Of a stretch of 64,000 bases of DNA, positions 12,383-23,236 are shown piece by piece. The DNA is from Candidatus Bathyarchaeota archaeon (GTDB lineage: Archaea > Thermoproteota > Bathyarchaeia > Bathyarchaeales > Bathycorpusculaceae), in NCBI GenBank assembly GCA_963806535.1, contig CAWDYC010000008.1, positions 64,001-128,000 on the forward strand. The letters run 5' to 3'. Made by a program: the position numbers and the translations under genes. The notes under the pieces were generated by a model, which saw only the letters and a list, made by a program, of their open reading frames with translations, did not search any database and had not been told where the DNA came from. Position 1 is the stretch's first letter. Every line of letters starts with the position of its first letter.

Positions 12383-12994
12383 TTGTTGATCCTCACAATG
12401 ATTAACACATTTTATTTGCATTTGGAATTCACAAACAAAAACGGCGATTGGTCCGTTAATTTGCCTTTTTTGTGCACAAAATGTGGCGCATGTTGCTTGC
12501 TAGAGGATTTCTTGTGTGCTGGAGAAATAAACTCCAAACCTGAAGAGCACCTTGAAGTTCATGCCAAAGTAAAAACGCTATTTGAAGAGCTAGGCAAAAT
12601 GTGGGAAGCAGATCATTCAAAATACGACGACTACATCGCGCATACCCTATGTCCATTCCTAGATAACCATGCATGCTCCATCTACAAAATCAGACCTGAC
12701 GGCTGCCGACTTTTCCCAAAAACCGCATTTGGCATGGAAACTCAAGACTGTCCGTCTCTTACCCAATTCAGAAAACAACGTGCAGCGCTGATAAAGAGGA
12801 AAGCTCATAAAGAAACCTACTATTTCATTGGCTCAAACAAAAGTGATGACTCTATAAAGACTACAAAGTTCACTGAAAAGCAATACCGCACTTGCATTGT
12901 CAAAGTACGCCAAGCTGGAATAACAATTGATGAGCAATCTCTGTTTGAATATTTCAATGGAAAAAAGGCAGTTCTTAAAATTTTGAAGAAATAG
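12383..12994 (+). CDS. YkgJ-family (CxxCxxCC) cysteine-cluster protein
   Basis: FLCTKCGACC...CPFLDNHACSIYKIRPDGCRLFP. Confidence 0.8.
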   Translation: MLILTMINTFYLHLEFTNKNGDWSVNLPFLCTKCGACCLLEDFLCAGEINSKPEEHLEVHAKVKTLFEELGKMWEADHSKYDDYIAHTLCPFLDNHACSIYKIRPDGCRLFPKTAFGMETQDCPSLTQFRKQRAALIKRKAHKETYYFIGSNKSDDSIKTTKFTEKQYRTCIVKVRQAGITIDEQSLFEYFNGKKAVLKILKK

Positions 12995-13170
12995 ATTTCA
13001 AACCCTAAAAAGAAATTAATTAGTATGCATTATTGCGAAATATCTTAAAAAATATTGAGTGCTGAGTGTGGGTAGCTGCCTCACATGCGTTTGATCCTTC
13101 GCATTCTGGCGGCATCACTTAACACTTTTCCTTTTGATAGCTATCAGTTATTAGATTCACCAAAAGCCAT

Positions 13171-13857
13171 ATGTGTGTTTTGTGTGCAATATTATTGCAG
13201 TGTGTTGCATATATGTCAATAGATTTGAGGTTTTGGGACATAGTAGAGTTTAAACCAAATAAAAGTGAAACCATTGTTCTAGACACGCTAGGAAAAATAA
13301 AATATGGCAATGCATATCAGATTTGGAAAAGTTCAGGCTTAAAATATTATCCCACCGTTTTACGCACTATTAAGAAACTGCAGAAAAGAAAACTTGTAGG
13401 CACGATTGAGAAAAGAAGCGGATTGCATGGGGAGACTTTATTTTCTTCCACAATTCAAGGAATTTTAGTTTATTACGTATTTAATAACAAAGATGAATCG
13501 ATATTTCAACTAATGAAAGAAGAGTCGGGGTTATTTAATCAATTAAGTAAATTACCAATTGCCAAAGAAATTGCTCTTGATGCTGCGAAAGATATTATTC
13601 TAAATTCCAAGAAAAATTCTGAAGTTTACATTGATGACGCCATTAAGTCAGTAAGCAATGATTTAATTCATAATGATGTTTTTGAATATATTTTTAATAG
13701 CAATAAGGATTCACTGTCAAAAATTCTGGAGCTTTCAAAAATTGAAGGGCTGAAACCAATTGTATTGAAAAACATAGAAGATGAAAAAAACGGAATTGCT
13801 ATAGCTCTTAAGAACCTCAATGAATTAAAAACTTTATTGAATTTGACTGGATATTAA
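13171..13857 (+). CDS. Hypothetical winged-HTH protein, AT-rich (true start probably ATG at 13213)
   Basis: NAYQIWKSSGLKYYPTVLRTIKKLQKRKLV resembles a wHTH. Confidence 0.55.
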   Translation: MCVLCAILLQCVAYMSIDLRFWDIVEFKPNKSETIVLDTLGKIKYGNAYQIWKSSGLKYYPTVLRTIKKLQKRKLVGTIEKRSGLHGETLFSSTIQGILVYYVFNNKDESIFQLMKEESGLFNQLSKLPIAKEIALDAAKDIILNSKKNSEVYIDDAIKSVSNDLIHNDVFEYIFNSNKDSLSKILELSKIEGLKPIVLKNIEDEKNGIAIALKNLNELKTLLNLTGY

Positions 13858-13864
13858 TCAATGA

Positions 13865-14671
13865 TTATACATTGGGTTTGTGTGCTTCTACTTCTATGCG
13901 CATCATTCCAACATGAACAACGCCTTCATTGTCCGAAGGATGTCGTTCAATGTAGCAGTTAACGATTAATTCGACGAATTTTGGTCTAAGCTCTATCGGT
14001 ATCCTGTCAGTGAACGGTAGCCAAGTAGTCCTTACCCATCCAGCTAAGCCTTCTGCACCGTTAAACTTCATATCTTTAGGAAACAACTCAATCCGTTCAG
14101 CCAACAGACCCGCCTGCTGCATAAACGTTGTATATTCTTCGGCATCGTAGAAGCCATAGGGAAAAGCCATATTGCCAAAAAAGCTTTTCCAAGGCTCAAC
14201 AGCCAATAGTTCGTTTATGAGGCTAAGTATGTCTTTGGCGTTGCCTTTGCCAGCCATTTGAAAAAGCATTCTTCCGCCCGGCTTTAAGCTTCTTTGTACG
14301 CCTGTAAGAACTGCATTTTGGTCAACAATCCAGTGTAGCGCAGCATTAGAAAAAACAATATCGAATTCCGATTTGAAAGTTAATTTTCGGGCGTCCATAA
14401 CTTGGAAACAAAGGTTTGGGTAGTCTTTTTGTGGGAACGCTTTTTTTGCTAAATCTATCATTTTTTCTGAGCTGTCGATGCCGACTGCCCTGCCTTTGGG
14501 TAGACATCTTGCAAGTTCTGCCGTGATTTTGCCGTTGCCGCAGCCAATATCCAGCAGGGCTTCGTTTCCTTGGAGATTTAGTTTTGGAATTAATTCTTGG
14601 GCCCATTGGAACTGGTTTTGGCTATTTTTAGCGTAATCTTGAGCGTTCCAGTTATAACCGATATGCGCCAT
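13865..14671 (-). CDS. Class I SAM methyltransferase (trans-aconitate MTase-like)
   Basis: WNAQDY, LLDIGCGNG, FSNAALHWI. Confidence 0.85.
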   Translation of the reverse strand: MAHIGYNWNAQDYAKNSQNQFQWAQELIPKLNLQGNEALLDIGCGNGKITAELARCLPKGRAVGIDSSEKMIDLAKKAFPQKDYPNLCFQVMDARKLTFKSEFDIVFSNAALHWIVDQNAVLTGVQRSLKPGGRMLFQMAGKGNAKDILSLINELLAVEPWKSFFGNMAFPYGFYDAEEYTTFMQQAGLLAERIELFPKDMKFNGAEGLAGWVRTTWLPFTDRIPIELRPKFVELIVNCYIERHPSDNEGVVHVGMMRIEVEAHKPNV

Positions 14672-14681
14672 TCTTTAGCAC

Positions 14682-15233
14682 TTACTTGAAAGTTAACTGG
14701 GAAACCGAGTAGTAAACGATTTCGCCTCTGCGGTTCATGACGGCTAAGGTTAGCTCTTTCTTTTGGTTTTGACTCTGTTGCACTGCTCCAGCTAACTCGT
14801 CTATACCGAGAGGTTTGCCTTCTTGCATACTTAAAACCAAGTAAGGTGCTGTATCTTTGCCGTAGGCTCCTCGCTCGTACATTCGAAAATCAATTCCCGC
14901 CCCGAAACCTTCCCTCGCAACGTATCCGCGGCTTCTGAGGTCACGGTAAACCATGTAGCTAACCCATGCATTATCATTTTGTGCTTCGTAGCAGTGAAGT
15001 AAGGTTTGGAAATCAGCGACTTTGCAATTTTCATCTTTGACTTCAAGCATGCCTTTATCCATAAGGTACAGAGATTCAAAAAAGGTAAGAGTGAAAACTT
15101 TGTCTTCTAAAGTGCCATATCCACGTGTGATAAGTGCATCAATGCTGCTCTGCTCAACCACGATAACCCCTTTTTTTGCTAAGGTGCCGCTGGTTCTGAA
15201 TTCTGGAGGCTGGTTCTTTTTGTTTTCGCTCAT
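14682..15233 (-). CDS. endA: tRNA-splicing endonuclease subunit, probably the structural (beta) subunit
   Basis: LTFFESLYL, VYRDLRSRGY, DFRMYERG, LAVMNRRGEIVYY; no catalytic His at the expected position (KDTAPY). Confidence 0.8.
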   Translation of the reverse strand: MSENKKNQPPEFRTSGTLAKKGVIVVEQSSIDALITRGYGTLEDKVFTLTFFESLYLMDKGMLEVKDENCKVADFQTLLHCYEAQNDNAWVSYMVYRDLRSRGYVAREGFGAGIDFRMYERGAYGKDTAPYLVLSMQEGKPLGIDELAGAVQQSQNQKKELTLAVMNRRGEIVYYSVSQLTFK

Positions 15234-15390
15234 CAGTTAAATCAACCGTAATACGTCCATTTTGGGTTTGTTAACTCTTTAACGTTTCCCAGCCGAATTT
15301 TCATTTTTTATCATTTATTGAAAATAAGAGACATGATAGTTTGCTCTAATTTGATGGGAATTTTTGTGTAATTAGGTAACAACTTATCGC

Positions 15391-15873
15391 TTATACTGAT
15401 TCGGAGACTTCTTTAGCCCATTTCCTTGCAGCGCTTAGTTCTTCGGTATTTGGGTGGCCATTCGCATTATGCCCTATGAGACGGGAAATGCCGCGAGTCA
15501 TGAATGTATGTCCTTCACCTTGGCATTCATAGCAGCTTTCAAGTGTTCTTTGACCTTTCGCTTCAATTGCCGTTTTTATTTTGTCAAAGGCAGGTTTATC
15601 GCTTGTTCCACGACCAAACCAAGTCATAAAAACCGCAAATTGCCTGCTGTTAGTTAGATTTATTTCATTAAGGTAGTTAAGCATATCAGCATTCGGCTTA
15701 GCTGCATAAACACCAGTTCCAACAAAAACCAACTCAAAATCGTTCAAGTCCAAGATCGATGAATCAAAATCCTTGTTTATCTTTACACATTGGCAGTTTA
15801 GCTCAGAAGAAATTTCTTTAGCAATTTTCTCAGTGTTGCCTCCTTTAGAAGAAAAAAGAACAATTGTTTTCAC
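15391..15873 (-). CDS. Flavodoxin family protein
   Basis: FSSKGGNTEKIA, FVGTGVY, GHPNTEEL. Confidence 0.8.
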   Translation of the reverse strand: MKTIVLFSSKGGNTEKIAKEISSELNCQCVKINKDFDSSILDLNDFELVFVGTGVYAAKPNADMLNYLNEINLTNSRQFAVFMTWFGRGTSDKPAFDKIKTAIEAKGQRTLESCYECQGEGHTFMTRGISRLIGHNANGHPNTEELSAARKWAKEVSESV

Positions 15874-16053
15874 AACTCTAACCTCATCGTCTGTTTGTAT
15901 TTATTTGCTAAAAAGCCTTTGCATCAGATAAGAATTGCATAAAGAAACTTATTACTCAAACGGAAAAAAATTCATCTTCTTAAGGTATGAAAACAGGTCT
16001 CTAAACATTGTTTGCGATTTCTACAAAAGAATAGGAAAGGAAGGCTTAAACTA

Positions 16054-17082
16054 CTATTTTTTGAATGATTCGAAGTCTTTGCTGTAGTAAACGTGGGTTT
16101 CGCAGATTATGGCTGACACGTATTTTAACGGTGTTATGTCGAAGGCGGGGTTCATAACGTTGACTCCGTCTGGAGCAATCTGCACTGAGCCGATGTGTGT
16201 GACTTCTTCCGGTTTGCGCTCTTCAATAATTACGTCTGCGGCTTTGTGTGCGAGGTCGAAGGTGGATTTTGGTGCTGCAACATAGAACGGTATGCCATGT
16301 TCATGCGCAAGGACTGCCACTGAGTAAGTGCCGATCTTGTTAACCACCCCATCTTGAACTATGCGGTCAGAGCCAACAATAACTTTGTCAACAAGCCCTT
16401 TGCTCATAACGTAGCCCGCCATATTGTCCGTAATAAGCGTAACAGGAATGCCATCGCGTTTAAGCTCGTAAGTCGTAAGCCTAGCACCCTGCAAAAGCGG
16501 ACGGGTTTCGTCAGCGATAACTTTAATTTTTTTGCCTTGCTCGCAAGCCGCTCGAACCACACCCAATGCTGTGCCGTATTCCACAGTCGCAAGTTCGCCT
16601 GCGTTACAGTGAGTCAAAATTGTATCGCCGTCATCTATGAGAACTGAACCGTTTTTGCCGATTGCCCGGTTCTGAGCTGCATCTTCATCGGCTATCTTCT
16701 GAGCTTCCTCAACGATGGCTGTTTTAAGCCCTTCCATATTTCCTGAGTAGGCTTGGGCTTTGTTTAGGACTCGGTCTACTCCCCAAAACAGGTTCACAGC
16801 TGTGGGTCGTTGACGTTTGATAATTGAGCCGGCAGCTTCCAATTCTGATAGCAGTTTCTTTTTGGTTTTTGCTTTTGAATGGTAAGCTGCTAATGCAACG
16901 CCAAAGCCAGCAGCTGCACCCAGCAGAGGAGCACCCCTGACGCGGAGGGTTTTAATGGCTTCAGCCATCTGCTTAACCGTTTTAATTTCCAAAGTCACTT
17001 CTTGGAGAGGAAGTTTGGTTTGATCCGGTGTTATTACTGTGCCGTTTTGCCACTTAATCATCCGCATTTTGATGTTCCCCAA
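16054..17082 (-). CDS. mtnA: S-methyl-5-thioribose-1-phosphate isomerase
   Basis: VRGAP, RPTAVNL, ILTHCNAGELAT, ETRPLLQGARLT, NKIGTY, NPAFDITP. Confidence 0.9.
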   Translation of the reverse strand: MGNIKMRMIKWQNGTVITPDQTKLPLQEVTLEIKTVKQMAEAIKTLRVRGAPLLGAAAGFGVALAAYHSKAKTKKKLLSELEAAGSIIKRQRPTAVNLFWGVDRVLNKAQAYSGNMEGLKTAIVEEAQKIADEDAAQNRAIGKNGSVLIDDGDTILTHCNAGELATVEYGTALGVVRAACEQGKKIKVIADETRPLLQGARLTTYELKRDGIPVTLITDNMAGYVMSKGLVDKVIVGSDRIVQDGVVNKIGTYSVAVLAHEHGIPFYVAAPKSTFDLAHKAADVIIEERKPEEVTHIGSVQIAPDGVNVMNPAFDITPLKYVSAIICETHVYYSKDFESFKK

Positions 17083-17149
17083 CGTTGTTATTATGCTTAG
17101 TCAATTATGGTTCTGTTTAATATTTCGGCAGTTTTAAGAAAAAACTTCA

Positions 17150-17745
17150 TGTTCGACATAATCATGTTTTTCTTCATTTTTGTAATTTGTGTTTTGGATT
17201 GCTTTTTTGCTTTGGGTATTGATTCGTTTGCAGGTTGCGTCTTTAAATGTGAGAAAATGTGAGGATCTGTAAAAATCTGTAAAAAAATGTGAGAAAAAGG
17301 AAGAAAAAGGAAGAGATAGGCCGGTCTATTGCTTCCTGGAAGTTGTGACGGTTTTTTGGCAGTGTTTTTTCTTTGTGTTTTGAGCTTCTTTTTTGTTTCA
17401 AAGCTTGATTTCTCTGCAGGCTGCGTCTTTATCCCTCTCTACCCGCCTCCCTCCGTCTGTGTCCGTCTCCTTGTGTCCCAAAGGGCTATTGACAGATTTT
17501 TTGGCAGGGATTTTTCTTTGCGTTTTAGATTGCTTTTTTGTTTTGGGGCTTAGTTTGGTTGCAGGTTGATACATTTTTTGACAATATTTGACATTTAGAA
17601 GTTTAGGTCTAGCTAGAAAGAGAAGTTTTAGAAAATGTTTTCAACGTAAAAAACATCAGTTTGTTTTGAGTTGTTTTTTTGAAATAAAACTTAAATCTTC
17701 TACAGGTCGTGTCTAGATTCGTCCCAAAAAGTCCCAAAATGCTTA
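17150..17745 (-). repeat. Phased 10-mer/core repeat array, locus 2 (four units)
   Basis: On + strand TGCAGG/TACAGG starts at 17229, 17415, 17560 and 17701, each exactly 33 bp from a GTTTT box; unit-specific 10-bp repeat runs in between. Confidence 0.9.
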
Positions 17746-17781
17746 GAATTAAAGATAAAAATGTCAATCAAAATTTTGGTG

Positions 17782-19118
17782 TCAATTACCTCTGAAAAAA
17801 TCTGTGATTTTCTTTTGGAAAAGAGCTTTCTTCAACAATTCACTCTGCCTTATCCACCGGTGAATTGGAATCTCAAACCTGCCAGCAATGAACTGCAAAG
17901 ATTCAGCCAAGCTTTTGAAAAGATAAGGTTTTTGACGCATAGCATTCCTAACATTTTCACGTACCTGCCAAACGCCAATTGGCATGATGTAACCGGGTCT
18001 TGCCTCCCTTAGCACAATAACAGTGGCTTGGCGCCGTTCCCGAACCAATTGTTCGCAAGTAGCCAACCGCGCCGAATAGTAGCAGCCGCCAATCAGAGCA
18101 TATGTAGTTCGTCCACTGTTACCTTCCCAATCAGAAAAGATTGCGATGTTTTTTCCAGTCGGATTCCAAGTTGTGCCTGGAAACCAGGCTTCCATAGATT
18201 CGTAACTCCATTGCTGCGGAATCATTAAAATCTCAAAAACATTATCCATATAGACGGATTCGTAAACCCTGAATTCGTTGATTTCAGGAAAAGTCTTCAC
18301 TTGTTCTCTTAGGTTTTTGGATATGATGTCATCAACAGCAGTAATGCTCCAGCGAGTAGGAACAAGCTTCCTGTTTTTTTCAATACCAAAAGCGCCAACG
18401 CTGAAGGCTTTCTGAATTTTTGAAACCACAACGCCTCGATTAAAAAGTTCCAAAACTGCCTGCGTCGCCTTCAAATCAGTATCGTAATATGCTTTCTCAA
18501 TTTTATCATCGTACCTTGAATTGCCGACATGCAAGTCTCGAATTGGCGCTGAAGGACCAAATGGTTGAATATCATCGTCAAGAAAAATTGAGCCTCTTGG
18601 TTTTTTGGTGAGGTTCAATTCAATGTCTACACTGCTGTCGGCGAGGGCTAATTCACGTGTTTGATCTAAGATTTTGCCGCATCCGTGAATTTTTGCACGT
18701 TAACTCTATGTTTGCCACGTACAAGCAAACTACGGAAACCTACAATTTCATCCATGGATTTTCCAAACCAATGCTCGGGTAAATCGTAAATGCTTGTATC
18801 CTCATGAACCGGGGGCACGAGTGGTCCAGCGTAAACATTTGGGTATCCGATTCTTCCGATAAAAACGCTTGGCGGAGACATACCAGCAATATCCTCACCC
18901 ATTAATGGCACGCTTTTGAGGAAATAGTTGACTTTTAGCATTATTGAACAACGAGTTTTTCCGCAGAGAAAACGTGCACCTTTACATAAGACACATAAGC
19001 TGTCTTGTCGGCTTCGAGTAACAATTTGGTTTTCGTCAAAGCCGCTGTGACTTTTTAAGATGTCTTTTAACCAATTGTCTGAGCCGCGAATGTTTGAAAG
19101 TGAAGTTGTGGAAGTCAT
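17782..19118 (-). CDS. nreA: Nre family DNA repair protein, frameshifted
   Basis: CVLCKG..LCGKTRC, SPPSVFIG..GYP.V..GPL, LVPTRWSITAVDD, GCYYSARL; C-terminal PIP box QKKITDFF. Confidence 0.9.
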
Positions 19119-19201
19119 GTTACACTTTCATGATGATTATGACGGCTTGATATGTTTTTCCACCAAGTTTAACGCAATAAACCAGACATTTTGCCTTTAA
19201 A

Positions 19202-19786
19202 TTATCGTCCTTTGCCAGTGGTTAGCATCCGTGACTTCCTAATTGCTTTTCTAACTGGCGGTGGCAACATCGTTTTAACAACATCGGCTGTCTTCCAAAG
19301 TCTAAAAAGCCCTGGAGGCGCTAGGCTTGCATCTACGATTTTTAGGTTCCCATTTACGTTTCGAATATTGTCGCACGTTATGTCCAACAGACCATATTTA
19401 TTGGCAATAGCTTTAAGCTGGACTAAACCTTCAGCCGAAGCCTCTGCTTCGACACCGTATTCTTGCAAGAGACAATACTTAGTGTGCCAAAAGACCCTGG
19501 CGAAATAAATTTGCCTTAAGTTTGCTGGAAGTTGCTTGTACGCTTTATGATCCAATTCTATGGCTTGGGCTTTTCCAGTCTTTAATGCTAACTCGTGACT
19601 TTTATGCTGGATGTGAAAAACAAGTTTATGTAAACCAAAGTTTACCAAAACAGCGTCGGGAAAAGCTGTCGTAATAATCTTTTCCAAGTTGTTCATTGGA
19701 ACAAAACTGGTTCTTTTTGCCTCTATGTAAGCATCTATTAAATTGTCTACAAGCCTTGCTTTTTCATGCAAGGATTTGAATTTCAC
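19202..19786 (-). CDS. Hypothetical protein with minimal protein-kinase-like motifs
   Basis: FGLHKLVF, LALK, LLQEY, LDITCDN, KIVD appear in kinase order. Confidence 0.5.
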   Translation of the reverse strand: MKFKSLHEKARLVDNLIDAYIEAKRTSFVPMNNLEKIITTAFPDAVLVNFGLHKLVFHIQHKSHELALKTGKAQAIELDHKAYKQLPANLRQIYFARVFWHTKYCLLQEYGVEAEASAEGLVQLKAIANKYGLLDITCDNIRNVNGNLKIVDASLAPPGLFRLWKTADVVKTMLPPPVRKAIRKSRMLTTGKGR

Positions 19787-19829
19787 ATTCTATAGAGAGC
19801 GGTTTCTGGTTGAATTAGCTTTGTGACTG

Positions 19830-20459
19830 TTAAAACACAACAACAGTAGATAAGGAAATCAAAAAAATGAAGAAATATTCTGAGAGCGAAATCAACCTTT
19901 TTTGGTAAACAATAAAATGCCATAGTTCTTGTAAGGCAATAAGCTTTTCAAGTTTAAAATTTACGGCTTCAATTTCAGCCTTCAATTTGTCTGGATTTTG
20001 AACTGGCGCCCCAGGAAAGATACCCTTCTTTATAATTTCTACAATTACCAACTTTCCCTCTTGCTTCAAGACTCTGCCAAACTCTTTCAAAACAACTTCG
20101 TTATCACCGACCTCATGATAAACCGTGACAAGAAGAATCATGTCAACAAGCCCTCTTTCAAGCTGAAGACTTTTTCCGTCGCTTTGCAAAAACTCAATAT
20201 TTTTCACTCCTGCTTTCTCGGCTTTTCTTTGGGCTTTTTTAAGCATCTCAGGCGAAAGATCAACTGCCACAACCTTTTTTGCTTTTTTTGCAAGCTCTAT
20301 CGTATAGTAGCCTGGTCCGCATCCAAAATCCACAACTACATCGGTTGGGTTTATGGCAAGTTTTTCTACAAGTTCAGTGGGCGGTTGAATTAACCGTCTT
20401 ATCGGATTATCCAAAAAGATGGCGCCCGACGCTGAATAGGCTTCTCCTTTATGTGACAT
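19830..20459 (-). CDS. Class I SAM methyltransferase (3' end probably frameshifted)
   Basis: LDNPIRR, VVDFGCGPG, AVDLSPEML. Confidence 0.85.
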   Translation of the reverse strand: MSHKGEAYSASGAIFLDNPIRRLIQPPTELVEKLAINPTDVVVDFGCGPGYYTIELAKKAKKVVAVDLSPEMLKKAQRKAEKAGVKNIEFLQSDGKSLQLERGLVDMILLVTVYHEVGDNEVVLKEFGRVLKQEGKLVIVEIIKKGIFPGAPVQNPDKLKAEIEAVNFKLEKLIALQELWHFIVYQKRLISLSEYFFIFLISLSTVVVF

Positions 20460-20612
20460 TTTTTTGATTCTCCATTAAACTGAAGTTATATTCAATAGCC
20501 GCTATTTCTTAAAGAATATGCTTAGTTTGAAGTTCCAGCAATTTGTCCAAGCGCTTAATGTTTAATAGTTGCTCGGTAAACTATCTTTTTGACAACTCGT
20601 GTTGTTGATTTT

Positions 20613-23236
20613 ATGGCGGAAAACCAAGAAGTTCTTATCTAAACCTGCTGATGAAGTTTTAGCACAACTCAAAACATCCCAGTCAGGTTTATCTGCTCAA
20701 GAAGTTCAGCGCCGCCTTGCAACGTACGGACCCAACGAGTTAGCTGAAAAACAAAAACGAACTGGATTTGTTGAAATTCTTTATCACTTGAGAAATCCGC
20801 TTGTTCTTATCCTTTTGATTGCGGGCTTAGTCTCAGGGTTTGTTGGGGACACAACAGACGCAGTTATTATTTTCTTCATAGTTCTTCTGAGCATCATACT
20901 TGACGTTTATCAAGAATCAAAAGCCCAGAACGCTGCTGAAGCACTTAAAGAAAGAGTAACCACAAAGGCAACAGTTCTTAGAGACGGCGTTAAACAAGAT
21001 GTGAAACTTTCCGAAGTTGTCCCAGGTGACATCGTGTATCTTATCGCAGGAGATCTTGTTCCAGCCGATGCCCGATTAATCAGCGCGAAAGATTTGAACC
21101 TTAATCAGTCAGCGTTAACGGGCGAAGCGTTTCCAGTTGAAAAGAACGCAAATCCATTGTCAACTGTAACATCTGAGATGACAGGGTGGAATAACTATGT
21201 TTTCTTGGGAACCTCAGTAGTCAGTGGAACAGGAACAGCAGTTGTCGTCAAGACGGGAAAATTAACAGAATACGGAAAAATCGCAAAAGCACTCACATCG
21301 AAGGCACCTGAAACCGAGTTTGAAAAAGGGCTACGCCGCTTCGGAGCTTTAATGACTGAAGTAACGCTTTTCCTTGTCGTTTTCGTGTTTTTTGTAAACG
21401 CATTTTTCTATTCAGGCAGCCGAACAATTCTGGAATCGCTGCTTTTTGCAGTAGCTCTTGCGGTTGGCTTAACACCTGAGCTTCTGCCAATGATAATGTC
21501 CATCAACCTATCCAGAGGAGCCGTCGCAATGTCCAAAAAAGGTGTTATCGTAAAACGCTTGGCATCCATCCAAAACTTTGGCAACATGGACGTTTTATGC
21601 ACTGATAAAACAGGAACTCTCACGGAGAATAAACTTACTCTAAATGATGCCGAGGATTTAGAGGGAAAAGAAGCACAGAAAGTATTGATGTATGGCTACT
21701 TTAACTGTGTTTTTGAAACAGGATTGAAAAGTCCTCTCGACGATGCCGTGCTTCAGTACAAGCAGTTTGATGTTACTGGAATCAACAAAATTGATGAGAT
21801 CCCCTTTGATTTTATCCGTCGGCGCGTTTCGGTTGTGGTTGAATATGAAGGGCAGAGGCTAATTATTTCCAAAGGTGCAGCAGAAGAAATCCTAAAAATC
21901 TGTACCTTCTGCGAAACAGACGAAAAGTTAACTGATTTTACAAATGTTTGCCAAGGCCAGTATGAGCAACAATACAATGATCTCAGCGCTAAGGGATACA
22001 GAGTTTTAGCGGTCGCGTACAAGAAAGTCACAGATGATAAAACACATTACTCAATTGGCGACGAAACACGACATGGTTTTTCTTGGGTTTCTATCTTTTT
22101 CTGACCCGCCTAAAGAAAGCGCAAAGGAAGCTATCAGTTTGCTCGCCCGAGATGGCGTGGAACTCAAAATAGTTACCGGGGACAACGAGCTAGTTACAAA
22201 AACTGTTTGCGAGCAACTTGGCTTTGCTATAAAAGGAGTTGTTACAGGAAACCAAATCGCTCTGCTCCAAGACGATGCTCTGTCGCGAGTTGTTGAGGAG
22301 AACAACATTTTTGCCCGTGTAAACCCCGCTCAAAAAGATAGAGTGATTAGCGCCCTTAGGGCTAACGGTCATGTAGTAGGGTACATGGGTGACGGAATCA
22401 ACGATGCACCCTCTTTGAAAACTGCCGACGTAGGCATATCAGTTGAAAACGCAGTTGATGTTGCGAAAGAATCTGCCGACCTCATCCTGTTGAAACCTGA
22501 CTTAAACGTGCTTGACCAAGGCGTTTTGGAAGGCCGAAAAACCTTCGGCAACACAATGAAATACATTATGATGGGTGTCAGCTCAAACTTTGGCACAATG
22601 TTTAGTGTTGCTGGAGCATCCCTGTTTTTGAGTTTTCTGCCTATGACAGCGATTCAGATTCTCCTAAACAACCTTTTGTACGATCTTTCTGAAGCAACTA
22701 TACCAACCGACAACGTTGACGATGAGTATATTCAGAAACCGAAAAAACTGGACATCTCATACATAAGAAGGTTCATGGTTGTTATGGGACCAGTAAGTTC
22801 GATTTTTGATTATTTGACATTTTTCTTGTTACTGTTCGTCTTTATGCCTATGTTGCCAGATGTTGTTCCTGAACTTCAAAGACAAAGCATTTTTCAAACT
22901 GCATGGTTCATGGAGTCACTTATAACGCAAACACTGGTAGTTTTCGTGTTAAGAACAAGAAAAACGCCGTTTTGGAAAAGCAAACCAGGCAAATATTTGG
23001 TGATTAGCAGCTTAGCCGTTGTCGCAGTTGCTTTCGCCTTGCCTTACACGCCACTTGGCGCCATATTTGGGTTTACTCCTCCGCCTGCAACATTCTACCT
23101 GGCTTTGGTGGGGATAATAGCGGGCTATTTGTTCTTAGTTGAGGTTGTTAAGAAATGGTTCCTGAAACGATACTCTTACCGCTTAGAACAAATTTATGCG
23201 CCGAAAAAACGAAACGGAAGCGCGAAAACACCTTAA
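20613..23236 (+). CDS. mgtA: Mg2+-translocating P-type ATPase (type IIIB), frameshifted
   Basis: TGEA, AVGLTPELLP, DKTGTLTEN, GDGINDAP, SSNFGTMFS, QILLNNLLYD, FQTAWF.ES. Confidence 0.88.

Noticed and set aside
17329-17553. ORF 17329-17553 and similar ORF 63469-63702 (CVLS.FF...CVF...SL.FRLLF) as a protein family
   Set aside because: The similarity follows from translating the same DNA core. The two units inside each ORF are read in different frames, and 10-bp units do not preserve frame.
17150-17745. CRISPR array interpretation of the repeat-spacer layout
   Set aside because: Repeats are 55-90 bp and divergent, spacers are internally periodic and variable in length, and no cas genes are present in the window.
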